Source: an uncultured Clostridia bacterium (GTDB lineage: Bacteria; Bacillota; Clostridia; TANB77; CAG-508). From it: 64,000 nt of DNA. The stretch covers positions 12,148 through 76,147 of the forward strand of contig CAKPJC010000006.1 in NCBI GenBank assembly GCA_934162535.1, given 5' to 3'. The position numbers and the translations under genes were made by a program. Positions 19,044 to 27,979 of this stretch are shown here, in pieces; the first letter of the stretch is position 1, and each line of letters starts with the position of its first letter. Below the pieces are notes generated by a model that had not been told where the DNA came from, searched no databases, and worked only from the letters and a program-made list of their open reading frames with translations.

Positions 19044-21425
19044 CTATTCTTCTGTTGCTTCTGGGCTTGTTGTCATCTTTAGTTCTGCAAGTCTTTCTAA
19101 TGTCATTAGTACTTGCCTTGGTTTACTTCCTTGGTATCCTGAGATTACTCCTCTTTCTTCCATTTGGTCAATTATTCTTCCTGCTCTCGCATATCCTACT
19201 TTAAATCTTCTTTGTATAAATGATGTTGATGCTTGTCCTGTTTCAACTACAACATCTATTGCATCCATTAGTAATGGGTCTGTATCATCATCTGCTTGTG
19301 CTTCTTCAGCAATTTCTTTATCTGTTTTATTGCTTTTTTCAATTGTTTCAAGTATGTCTTCACTATATGTTGCAACTCCATTTGATTTTATGAAGTCAAC
19401 AACTTTTTCTACTTCAGGGTCATCTATAAATGCTCCTTGTATTCTTGTTGGCTTTGGTGCACCTGCTGGATAGAATAGCATATCTCCTTTTCCTAAAAGT
19501 TTTTCTGCTCCAACTTGGTCTAGTATTGTTCTTGAATCTACTTGTGATGATACTGCAAATGCTATTCTTGATGGTATGTTCGCTTTGATTATTCCTGTTA
19601 TTACATCTACAGATGGTCTTTGTGTTGCTATTATTAGGTGCATTCCTGCTGCTCTTGCTTTTTGTGCTAGTCTACATATTGAGTCTTCTACATCTTTTGC
19701 GGCTACCATCATTAAGTCTGCTAACTCGTCTATTATTATTACTATTTGTGGTAGTTGTCCAACACCTTCCTCTTTTTCTACTAGTGCATTATATCCTTTT
19801 AGGTCTCTTACTCCTTTTTGTGCAAATACATTGTATCTATTATCCATTTCTTGTACTGCCCATGCTAATGCTCCTGCTGCTTTTTTAGGGTCTGTGACTA
19901 CTGGTATTAATAGATGTGGTATTCCATTATATACTGATAATTCTACGACTTTTGGATCTATCATTACAAGTTTTACTTCACTTGGTTTTGCTTTGTATAT
20001 TATACTTGCTATTATTGTGTTTATACATACACTTTTTCCTGAACCTGTTGCTCCTGCGATTAATGCATGTGGCATTTTTGCTATATCAGCTATTGCCATA
20101 TTTCCTGCAACATCTTTTCCAAGTGCTACACTTAATTTTGATTTATGATTTTGAAATTCATCACTTTCAACTACGTCTCTAAAGTGTACTGTTTCTTTTT
20201 CTGAGTTTGGTACTTCTATCCCTACTGCTTGTTTCCCTGGTATTGGAGCTTCTATTCTTATTGTTTCTGCTGCAAGGTTTAGTGCTATATCATCTGCTAG
20301 ATTTGCTATTTTACTTACTCTTACACCTTCTGCTGGTTTTAGTTCATATCTTGTTATTGCAGGTCCAACTGATACATTTTCTACTTTTGCTTGTACTCCA
20401 AAACTGTATAATGTTTTTTGTAATTTTGTTGCTATTTCTGTAAGTGCCTTTGCTCCACCTTTTATCGTTTTTTTCTCACCTTTGCTTAATAATTCTACTG
20501 GTGGATATTCATAGTGCTCATCTTCTACTGCTTGTGCATGCTCTAGTTGTAGTACTTCTTTTACTTTTTCTTCTTTCTTTTCTTCTTCTTGTTTGAATAG
20601 GTTTCCTTCTATGAAGTCTGGCTCAATGTTATTTTTGTGCTTTTCTCCTCCTATTATAACAAGTTTTTCTTTTTCCTTCTTGTTTTTTCTTTTTGGTTCG
20701 TCTTCTACAACTCTACCATTTAGGTTTATTTTTATTTGCTCTTCTTGTGGTTCTTCTTCTATATCTAAATATGCTTTTCTATTTTCTTTTATTGTTTTCA
20801 TTCTGTTATTTTCATATTCTGATTCTTCTTGTTGATGGTTTGCCATTTTTTGTTCATGTCTTTCTTTCCTTCTGTTTACACCATCTTGTATCCAATTACT
20901 TACCATTCCTGATATGTCTATTCCAAATACTGTTGCAAATAGTATTAGTGATACACCTATACTTAGTATTATTGTTCCTATTTTGCCAAATAACTTGAAT
21001 AATGGTACTGCTGCTATTGTTCCTAATGCTCCTCCTCCAACACTATTTTCTCCTAGTTGAAATGCGTCTTTTATTATTTCTGATATGTTTTGTTCTATGC
21101 TTATCGTTCCATTATATATTTGATATACACTTAGTATTACTGCAACAAATATTAATAATAGTGTGTATTGTAATATTTTTGATGATAAATATCCATCATC
21201 ATCTTTACATGCCATTTTTACTGCTACTGCAAATGCACCTATTGGTAGTACATATTTTATTATACCAAACATCCCCCCTAAAAAGTCGCTTAGTGCTATT
21301 CCTATATAACCTGATTCTGTGTATATTAACACTGTTAGTAGGATGCTTAGTATTATTGTTATTATTACTCCTAAATTTGGTGATTCTTTTTTTGCTCTTT
21401 TTCCTTTATATTTTTTCTTTGCCAT
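19044..21425 (-). CDS. ftsK: DNA translocase FtsK/SpoIIIE
   Basis: 793 aa with N-terminal TM helices, Walker A GATGSGKS, and a gamma winged helix IQRRFKVGYARAGRIIDQMEERGVI. Confidence 0.93.
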   Translation of the reverse strand: MAKKKYKGKRAKKESPNLGVIITIILSILLTVLIYTESGYIGIALSDFLGGMFGIIKYVLPIGAFAVAVKMACKDDDGYLSSKILQYTLLLIFVAVILSVYQIYNGTISIEQNISEIIKDAFQLGENSVGGGALGTIAAVPLFKLFGKIGTIILSIGVSLILFATVFGIDISGMVSNWIQDGVNRRKERHEQKMANHQQEESEYENNRMKTIKENRKAYLDIEEEPQEEQIKINLNGRVVEDEPKRKNKKEKEKLVIIGGEKHKNNIEPDFIEGNLFKQEEEKKEEKVKEVLQLEHAQAVEDEHYEYPPVELLSKGEKKTIKGGAKALTEIATKLQKTLYSFGVQAKVENVSVGPAITRYELKPAEGVRVSKIANLADDIALNLAAETIRIEAPIPGKQAVGIEVPNSEKETVHFRDVVESDEFQNHKSKLSVALGKDVAGNMAIADIAKMPHALIAGATGSGKSVCINTIIASIIYKAKPSEVKLVMIDPKVVELSVYNGIPHLLIPVVTDPKKAAGALAWAVQEMDNRYNVFAQKGVRDLKGYNALVEKEEGVGQLPQIVIIIDELADLMMVAAKDVEDSICRLAQKARAAGMHLIIATQRPSVDVITGIIKANIPSRIAFAVSSQVDSRTILDQVGAEKLLGKGDMLFYPAGAPKPTRIQGAFIDDPEVEKVVDFIKSNGVATYSEDILETIEKSNKTDKEIAEEAQADDDTDPLLMDAIDVVVETGQASTSFIQRRFKVGYARAGRIIDQMEERGVISGYQGSKPRQVLMTLERLAELKMTTSPEATEE

Positions 21426-21445
21426 TTTCTACTTCCTTTCAGTTT

Positions 21446-21483
21446 CTAAAAATGGAGACACTCCTCTTGCAAGGGGTGTCCCC
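21446..21483 (-). terminator. terminator downstream of the 167-aa gene
   Basis: G+C-rich hairpin GGGGACACCCC..GGAGTGTCTCC followed by ATTTTT on the minus strand. Confidence 0.65.
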
Positions 21484-21505
21484 GATTTTGTGGGGTTATC
21501 CCCAT

Positions 21506-22009
21506 TTATTGGAGTTCTTTTCTACTATTTTGTATTGTTTTTATTGTGTCTTCTAATGACATTTCCATTAGATTTACAGCTTCTCCTATATTTTTTTCTA
21601 GTTTAGCAAGTGTGTCTGTTAAAACTGATTCTGTTGATGTTAGTATATTGTTAGCATATTCTTTTGTTCCTTGTGATATTTCTCTTGACATTTCATTTGC
21701 TGTTTCTATTATTTCTGCTTTTTGTTCATATGCTTTTCTTGTTATTTCATGTTCATCAATCATAGCTATTATTCTATTTTCTGCTTCTTTAACTATTCCA
21801 TCAGCCTCTTTTTGAGCTTCAACTAATATTCTTTGTCTTTCTTCTTTTACCCATTTTGCTTGTTTTAACTCATCAGGTAATTTTATTCTTATTTCTTTTA
21901 TTATTTCAAGCATCTCTTCTTTGTCTACCATTCCTTTGTTTGTAAATGGTAGATTTTTGCTGTTTTCTAATATATCTTCTAAAGTTTCTAATAATGTAAA
22001 GATTTCCAT
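21506..22009 (-). CDS. hypothetical coiled-coil protein
   Basis: 167-aa charged helical protein. I do not recognise the family. Confidence 0.55.
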   Translation of the reverse strand: MEIFTLLETLEDILENSKNLPFTNKGMVDKEEMLEIIKEIRIKLPDELKQAKWVKEERQRILVEAQKEADGIVKEAENRIIAMIDEHEITRKAYEQKAEIIETANEMSREISQGTKEYANNILTSTESVLTDTLAKLEKNIGEAVNLMEMSLEDTIKTIQNSRKELQ

Positions 22010-22028
22010 CGTTTACCCCTTTCCAGTT

Positions 22029-22583
22029 TTATGTCTTTTTACTTAAAAATATTATGTTTGCTCTTCCATATTTTCTTTCATCTATAATTGCGACATTTAT
22101 TTTTTCTATTTCTTTTTTTATTCTTTTTTCATCATCTGTTTCTAATATTATTATTCCGTTTTCTTGGATAATATTTTTTTCTATTATTTTTTCTAAGGAT
22201 TTTTCTATAAAATTTGTTTCATATGGTGGGTCAATATATATTATATCAAACTTTTCTTTTGAAACTTTTTCTATGCATTCCTTAAAATCTATATTATATA
22301 ATTCTACTTTTTCTTCCATATGTGTTTTTTGTATGTTTTTTTTGATTATTCCTATTGCTTCTTTTGATTTATCACATAGTATTGCTTTTTTTGCTCCTCT
22401 ACTTAGCATTTCTAGTCCTATTGCTCCACTTCCTGCAAATAAGTCTAGTACTGTTGCTTCTGGTATTTGGTTTTGAATTATATTAAATATTGATTCTTTT
22501 ACTCTATCAAGAGTTGGTCTTGTGTTGTCTCCTTGTAATGTGTATAATTTTGTTCCCTTTGCTTTTCCACTAATTATTCTCAT
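22029..22583 (-). CDS. rsmD: 16S rRNA (guanine966-N2)-methyltransferase RsmD
   Basis: 184 aa with RIISGKAKG, DLFAGSGAIGLEMLSRGA and IYIDPPY. Confidence 0.88.
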   Translation of the reverse strand: MRIISGKAKGTKLYTLQGDNTRPTLDRVKESIFNIIQNQIPEATVLDLFAGSGAIGLEMLSRGAKKAILCDKSKEAIGIIKKNIQKTHMEEKVELYNIDFKECIEKVSKEKFDIIYIDPPYETNFIEKSLEKIIEKNIIQENGIIILETDDEKRIKKEIEKINVAIIDERKYGRANIIFLSKKT

Positions 22584-22701
22584 TTTTAGCCTTTCTTTCC
22601 TATACTACTATTTTATTCTTTTTTTTGCTATTGTCAATATTATTAACAAAAATGTAATATACATTTAATATTTCTGTAATATTTGTAATACACAGCGTTA
22701 C

Positions 22702-22736
22702 AACAAAAACTATCTATGTTTTTACATAGATAGTTT
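22702..22736 (-). terminator. terminator of divIVA
   Basis: AAACTATCTATG-taaaaa-CATAGATAGTTT followed by TTG on the minus strand. Confidence 0.7.
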
Positions 22737-22749
22737 AACTTTTGTTTTT

Positions 22750-23235
22750 CTATTCATCTTTATTTATTTCTTTTATTAGTTCAAGTTGTGATATTAGTAA
22801 TGATTCCATTTTTGCTTTGTATATATCAAATTGTTTTTTTATGTCATCTAGTTCCTTTTCTTTTTTGCTTACTTGGTCATCTAATTCACTTAGTGTTTTT
22901 CTTGAATTTTCTTTTGATATTCTTACTAGTTCTTCTGATTGTTTTTGTGCTTCGCTTATTATTTGTTCTGATTGTTGTCTTGCTACATTTTTTACTTCTT
23001 CTGCTGTTGATTGTGCCATTACTAATGTGTTTTGTAGTGTTGTTTCTATATTTTTGTAGTGACTCAGACTTACTGTTAGTTCTTCTATTTTTGTTCTCGC
23101 TGTTGCAAGTTCTTTATAGTTTTTTTCATAGTCTGTTTGTATTTCATCAAGAAATTCGTCTACTTCTTCAACATTGTACCCATTCATCATTTGTTTATTG
23201 AATTTTTTGTTTTCTATATCTAATGGTGTAATCAT
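22750..23235 (-). CDS. divIVA: DivIVA domain cell-division protein
   Basis: N-terminus MITPLDIENKKFNKQMMNGYNVEEVDEFLDEI followed by a coiled coil. Confidence 0.9.
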   Translation of the reverse strand: MITPLDIENKKFNKQMMNGYNVEEVDEFLDEIQTDYEKNYKELATARTKIEELTVSLSHYKNIETTLQNTLVMAQSTAEEVKNVARQQSEQIISEAQKQSEELVRISKENSRKTLSELDDQVSKKEKELDDIKKQFDIYKAKMESLLISQLELIKEINKDE

Positions 23236-23265
23236 ACTGGATTGCCTCCGTTCTTTTTAAAACGA

Positions 23266-23757
23266 TTAGTTTATACTGTTATTTTTTAACCATGAAACAG
23301 ATAGTTTACTTTTTATTTCTTCTCTAGCCATTTCATTTGTTATCTCATAATTCATAGGTGCAATTAAAAATATAGAGTTTGAGATTTTTTGGATATGTCC
23401 ATCTAATGCGTAAACTCCACCACTAATAAAGTCAACTATTCTTCTAGCTACATCTTTGTTTACATATTCTAAATTAACTATTACTGACTTTTTTTCTTTT
23501 AATAAACTACATATTTCTTCTGACTGTTCAAATGTAGTTGGTTGAGATATTACCATTTTTATTGGTTGACCTTGTCCTGTGATAGGAACTACTTTTCCTT
23601 TATTTTTTCCGAAGAATTTTCTTCCTTCGTCTTCATCTTCATAGTCTAGATTATCATTATAATCGTATCCTTCTTCTTCTTCATATTCTCCATTATCACT
23701 TTCTGGTTGGTTCATTCCAATTAACCCCCATACTTTGTCCATTATAGCTCCTGCCAT
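23266..23757 (-). CDS. sepF: cell division protein SepF
   Basis: 163 aa with an acidic linker, then PTTFEQSEEICSLLKEKKSVIVNLEYV...ARRIVDFISGGVYALDG. Confidence 0.9.
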   Translation of the reverse strand: MAGAIMDKVWGLIGMNQPESDNGEYEEEEGYDYNDNLDYEDEDEGRKFFGKNKGKVVPITGQGQPIKMVISQPTTFEQSEEICSLLKEKKSVIVNLEYVNKDVARRIVDFISGGVYALDGHIQKISNSIFLIAPMNYEITNEMAREEIKSKLSVSWLKNNSIN

Positions 23758-23888
23758 TTTTTTCCCTCCTAATATTTTTACACTTTTGTATTAAGTCTTC
23801 GCATATAGTATCTTACTTTTTTATTTTTTTGTCAAGCTTTTTTGGTGTTGTAATAAAAACTTAATCTTTCTGTAATATTTTTGTAACA

Positions 23889-25103
23889 TTATTTGTTGTT
23901 TCTTTGTAGTATTATTTCGTCATAGTTGTTTATTTTTTTGTAGTTTTTTATTTCTTTTTGGTCATATCCTATTTCTTGTAGGTCTTTTGTTGAGTATGTT
24001 GATATTATTGCGAATTTGTCTGTTTCATATTCTACTTTTACTAGTACTTTGTTTTGTACTCCTGCTTTATTTTTTATTACATAGTATAGTCCGTTTTCAT
24101 TTATTAGTGCTTGCTTTGGAACTTTTAGTCCTGTTTTGTTCCACCATATTACGTCTATTACAATTTTTCTGTGTGTTATTAAGTCTTCTGTCATTTTGTT
24201 TAGTTGAAATATTATTGTTCTTTTGTCTCCTTCTTCATTTATTTGCACTATTTTTGCCTTTATTTCTTCTTTGTTTGATATTCTTATTGTTACACTGTCT
24301 CCTAATTTTGCTTTCATTGCTTCTGTTGAGTTCATTGTTGTTGCTATATAGCATTTGAAGTTGTCTATTATTTTTCCACATTCATTACTTGTTGCTACTA
24401 TTTGACCTGTTTTTAATTCTGTTTTGTTTAAGAATTCTTCTTTTATATTTCCAAAGTTGTTTGGTGTTAGTGTTTCTTCAAGCCCATCTACTCTATATGA
24501 TACTATTCCACTTATTGGTGATGTTTGGTATTGTGTGTCAACTTTTAGACTTTCTTCATATTTGTTTTTCTCGTTTATTAGTGTTTTTATTTCTTGATTT
24601 TCTGTTAGTTCTCCTATGAATTTTATTTTTTTGCTAAATAGGCTGTCTATACTGTTTTTGTATTCTGTTATTTCTTGGTAGTTGTTTAGGTCTCTAATTT
24701 CTTCTATTTTGCTTTCTATTTGATTTTCTATTGCTTTTATGTCAGCTGATGGTGTTATGTTTTTCTCATTTTCTAATATTTCTTGTATTTGGTAGTTTAA
24801 TTCACTTATTTTTGCATTTGTTTCTTTTTCACTGTCACTGTAGTATCTGAATACTGGCTCTGATTTTGCTACTTTTTCTCCCTCTGATGCTACAGTAAAT
24901 ATTCCATTTTGATAGTTTTCTCCTTTTATTACTGTCTCATCTCTGATTATGTATCCTGGTACTGTGTCTTCTTCTGTTAGTGTTCCTTCTTTTATTATGT
25001 ATGAATCTTTTGGATCTACTATAAGTAAATATATTGCATAACCTATATATGAAACAACTATTAATATTAATATAACAGCTATTATTTTTTTACTTTTATT
25101 CAA
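23889..25103 (-). CDS. HlyD-like membrane-fusion family protein (single N-terminal TM)
   Basis: 404 aa with TM, coiled-coil and beta-barrel-like organisation. The assignment is tentative. Confidence 0.45.
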   Translation of the reverse strand: MNKSKKIIAVILILIVVSYIGYAIYLLIVDPKDSYIIKEGTLTEEDTVPGYIIRDETVIKGENYQNGIFTVASEGEKVAKSEPVFRYYSDSEKETNAKISELNYQIQEILENEKNITPSADIKAIENQIESKIEEIRDLNNYQEITEYKNSIDSLFSKKIKFIGELTENQEIKTLINEKNKYEESLKVDTQYQTSPISGIVSYRVDGLEETLTPNNFGNIKEEFLNKTELKTGQIVATSNECGKIIDNFKCYIATTMNSTEAMKAKLGDSVTIRISNKEEIKAKIVQINEEGDKRTIIFQLNKMTEDLITHRKIVIDVIWWNKTGLKVPKQALINENGLYYVIKNKAGVQNKVLVKVEYETDKFAIISTYSTKDLQEIGYDQKEIKNYKKINNYDEIILQRNNK

Positions 25104-25104
25104 T

Positions 25105-26022
25105 CTAAGTTCTTCCTTTCAATATTTCATCAACATTGTCTATTCCTTTTGTAGCGTCTAACCATATTGTTTGTTTGTTTTTTCTAAACCATGTTAGTTG
25201 TCTTTTGGCATATCTTCTCGTTTCCATTTTTATTTTTTCTATCATTTCTTGTTTTGTGCATTTGTTTTGTAGATATTCTACTACTTCTTTGTATCCTAGT
25301 CCTTGCATTGCTGTTGGGAATTCTGTGTATTTTTTTAGTAGATTTTCTACTTCTTCTATTAACCCTTGTTCTATCATTATGTCTACTCTTTTGTTTATTC
25401 TTTCATATAGTTTTTCTCTTTCCATGTTTAGTGCATATACTTCATAGTCGTATTTTACTCCATTTTTTCTTGATTCTATTTCTTGTTGTGTTTTGTTTTT
25501 TCCTGTTGCATGATATATTTCTAATATTCTTAGTATTCTTTTTTTGTCATTTGGACTTATTTTTTGTATTGCTTGTTCATCTATTTTTTTTGCCTCATTG
25601 TATAGTGTTTTTAGTCCTTCTTTTTCGACCCTTTCTTCTAATTCTTTTCTATATTTTTCGTCTAGTTTTATGTCTTGATATTCTATTCCATATATTAAAC
25701 TGTCAATATATAAACCTGTTCCACCTACTACTATTGGTGTTTTTCCTTTGGATAGTATTTCTTCTATTGCGTTTTCTGCATCTTTTTTGAAGTCTGCTAC
25801 ACTGTATCTTTGGTTTGGTTCAACATTGTCTATTAAGTAGTGGGGTATTCCTTGCATCTCTTCTTGTGTTGGTTTTGCTGTTCCTATGTCCATGTCTTTG
25901 TATATTTGCATTGAGTCACTTGATATTATTTCTCCATTTATTCTTTTGGCTAGTTCAATTGATAATGCTGTTTTTCCTGATGCTGTTGGTCCACATATTA
26001 CTATTACTTTTGGCTTGTCCAT
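25105..26022 (-). CDS. miaA: tRNA dimethylallyltransferase
   Basis: 305 aa with the P-loop CGPTASGKT, SSDSMQIYKDMDIGTAKP, and RRYAKRQLTWFR. Confidence 0.93.
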   Translation of the reverse strand: MDKPKVIVICGPTASGKTALSIELAKRINGEIISSDSMQIYKDMDIGTAKPTQEEMQGIPHYLIDNVEPNQRYSVADFKKDAENAIEEILSKGKTPIVVGGTGLYIDSLIYGIEYQDIKLDEKYRKELEERVEKEGLKTLYNEAKKIDEQAIQKISPNDKKRILRILEIYHATGKNKTQQEIESRKNGVKYDYEVYALNMEREKLYERINKRVDIMIEQGLIEEVENLLKKYTEFPTAMQGLGYKEVVEYLQNKCTKQEMIEKIKMETRRYAKRQLTWFRKNKQTIWLDATKGIDNVDEILKGRT

Positions 26023-26039
26023 TTTTTTCCTTTCTTTTT

Positions 26040-26471
26040 TTACATTTTGCTTGCTATTTCAAATATTCCTGTTTGTATGTCTTTTAAGAAATTGAATTCT
26101 GCTATACTTATTACTATCATTACTATTATAATGATTATTAATTTTTTTATTAGGTCTGATTTTTCTATTTCGTCAAATTTGTATTGACTCATTATTTTTC
26201 CTACATATGGCATGAATACTATTCCATTTATTGGTGTGAATACTAGTATTAGTATTTTACTTACTTCGTTTTTGAAGTCTAGGTTCACGTAGTTTAGTCC
26301 TTTTGATGATAGGTTGAATAACATTGTTGTTATGAACCAACTTATTAGTATTCCTCCTACACTTATTATTACTCTTTCCATTCCTTCATAGGCTTCTAAT
26401 CTGTACCATGTGTATCCTATTAGTACCATGAATAGTGCTATTACTACTATTATTATAAATGGTGTTATCAT
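26040..26471 (-). CDS. hypothetical 4-TM membrane protein
   Basis: 143-aa hydrophobic ORF packed between the L1 gene and miaA. Confidence 0.5.
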   Translation of the reverse strand: MITPFIIIVVIALFMVLIGYTWYRLEAYEGMERVIISVGGILISWFITTMLFNLSSKGLNYVNLDFKNEVSKILILVFTPINGIVFMPYVGKIMSQYKFDEIEKSDLIKKLIIIIIVMIVISIAEFNFLKDIQTGIFEIASKM

Positions 26472-26494
26472 TGTTTTTTCCTCCTTTTATTTTC

Positions 26495-27625
26495 TTAATC
26501 CATAAATTCTGTACGCCAATATTCTGGTATATTTTCATAATTATTTAATCCTGTTGCATTGTAATAGCATCCATATCCATCAGGTTCACCAATATAATCA
26601 TTTGTACTTCCATTTGGCACTCTTTTCCATAGTTTTATTGGCTCTCCTGTTAATCCTGTGCATTTGAGAAATGTACCTCTAAAAATAGTTACATTTAGGC
26701 AATTTGCAAATAAATTTTCTGGGATTCTTGTTAATGATGTACAGTATGCAAATGTTGTATAAAAAGTTGTTACATTTGGACAGTTTGCAAATAAATCTTC
26801 TGGAATACTTGTTAGTGATTCGCATCCATAAAATCCATCTGAAAAAACTGTTATTTTTTCAAAACTCTTTTCTGTTGGACTTGCTATTTTTCTTAATTTT
26901 GTACAACCTCTTAGGCATACTCTTTCTAACCCTGTTTCTCCCCATTGGATTATTTCAAGAATGTTGTCATTTCCATTGCAAATAATCCTTGTACATTTTC
27001 CTGTTATTGTGACTTTATAATCTTTGTTTTTTTCCGAGTATGTATGTGTTGGTGGATAAGCTAATGCAATTTTGCTTTTCGCACCATCATTTTGTATTAC
27101 ACTAGCATATTTTTTTTCTCCTGTATTCTTGTTTTCTGCTGTTGTTACCTTACCATCTCCCCAGTCAATAATTCTTCCTTCTTCAGTTTCCAATAATGGC
27201 AACCTCACTTCTCCAGTATCTCCTGAATTAACCAGCATTATTAATGCACTTTTGTCTACTTCTTCTCCATATGGTATCTCTCTTGTTCCTATTATTATTA
27301 TTTCTCTTTTTGTGTCTATTTCATTATCAAATACTTTATCTTCTTTTTTTAAATTTTCTAACATTTCTTCTTTTGATACTAGTGCATCATTTTTTCCTTC
27401 TAGTTCATTTTTCGTTTTTATATTTTCATTTTTTATCTTCCATAATTGCACTAATTCTTCTACATCTCCAGCTCTTGACTCGAGTTTTGCTTCATTTGCT
27501 TTTCCTATTATTCCATTGTCTCCTTTTAGCATTTGTATGCTTATTCCTGCTAATATCATTAATACTACGATTGTTACTACTAATGCTATTAGTGTTATTG
27601 CTTTTGAGCTTTTTATTCTGTTCAT
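26495..27625 (-). CDS. L1: surface-protein paralogue with pilin-like N-terminus and 27-aa LRR-type (BspA/LRR_5-like) repeats
   Basis: The start is taken at the second ATG, because GGAGG of atGGAGGaacaaaagATG gives ideal spacing. The track start is 27640. N-terminus MNRIKSSKA-ITLIALVVTIVVLMILAGISI. Repeats follow the pattern LFANCPNVTxFxxTFxxCTSLTxIPxx. The conserved C-terminus is GEPIKLWKRVPNGSTN.YIGEPDGYGCYYNATGLNNYENIPEYWR. Confidence 0.75.
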   Translation of the reverse strand: MNRIKSSKAITLIALVVTIVVLMILAGISIQMLKGDNGIIGKANEAKLESRAGDVEELVQLWKIKNENIKTKNELEGKNDALVSKEEMLENLKKEDKVFDNEIDTKREIIIIGTREIPYGEEVDKSALIMLVNSGDTGEVRLPLLETEEGRIIDWGDGKVTTAENKNTGEKKYASVIQNDGAKSKIALAYPPTHTYSEKNKDYKVTITGKCTRIICNGNDNILEIIQWGETGLERVCLRGCTKLRKIASPTEKSFEKITVFSDGFYGCESLTSIPEDLFANCPNVTTFYTTFAYCTSLTRIPENLFANCLNVTIFRGTFLKCTGLTGEPIKLWKRVPNGSTNDYIGEPDGYGCYYNATGLNNYENIPEYWRTEFMD

Positions 27626-27658
27626 CTTTTGTTCCTCCATCTCTTTTTTATTATTAGT

Positions 27659-27687
27659 ATATTATCATAACACATTTTATTTTTCAA
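27659..27687 (-). promoter_or_regulatory. promoter shared by all L-family genes and stubs (L1 copy)
   Basis: Minus strand: TTGAAA (27687-27682), 17 nt, TGaTAATAT (27667-27659). The same sequence sits upstream of L2 (29237-29265), L3, L4 and both 5' stubs. Confidence 0.55.
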
Positions 27688-27698
27688 TATTTTTGTAT

Positions 27699-27836
27699 GA
27701 ACAAATAAGAAAAATTGAAAATTTTTCTTTGATTTGTTCTCGCCCGATTTGAGTTTTCGACTAAAAGGAGAAAATCTCAAAGGACTAGCGATTGTAGCTT
27801 TTTATATACTATAAAAGTATTACTTTCCTAGTATAT
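27699..27836. repeat. 138-nt three-hairpin intergenic repeat, copy 1
   Basis: Made of three hairpins: GAACAAATaAGAAAAATT-gaa-AATTTTTCTTtgATTTGTTC, TTTGAGttttc...gaaaatCTCAAA, and TATATACTAGGAAAGTA..TACTTTCCTAGTATATA. The left arm of the third hairpin is degenerate in this copy. Confidence 0.7.
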
Positions 27837-27837
27837 A

Positions 27838-27874
27838 AAAAAATTGCCTTGAATTTAAAATTATAATTCAAGAC
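27838..27874 (-). terminator. terminator of L2 (T_L copy a)
   Basis: Minus strand: GTCTTGAATT-ataatttta-AATTCAAGGC followed by AATTTTTTT. Confidence 0.65.
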
Positions 27875-27883
27875 ATTCTTTCT

Positions 27884-27909
27884 AATTGTGCAACCACGGT
27901 TGCACAATT
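27884..27909. repeat. perfect 26-nt palindrome P_L (copy a)
   Basis: AATTGTGCAACC-ac-GGTTGCACAATT, located between the L2 stop and its terminator. Confidence 0.85.
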
Positions 27910-27979
27910 TATACTATTTAAACTTTTCTTCAATTTCATTTTTTATTTTTTTAATTTAGTACTATGGATAATGCTATTA

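Noticed and set aside
27641-27979. The long hairpin-rich region upstream of the L genes as a riboswitch or attenuator leader.
   Set aside because: The shared promoter (TTGAAA-17-TGaTAATAT) lies only about 35 nt from the start codon. The hairpins are therefore upstream of the transcription start and belong to the preceding gene's 3' region or to a repeat element.
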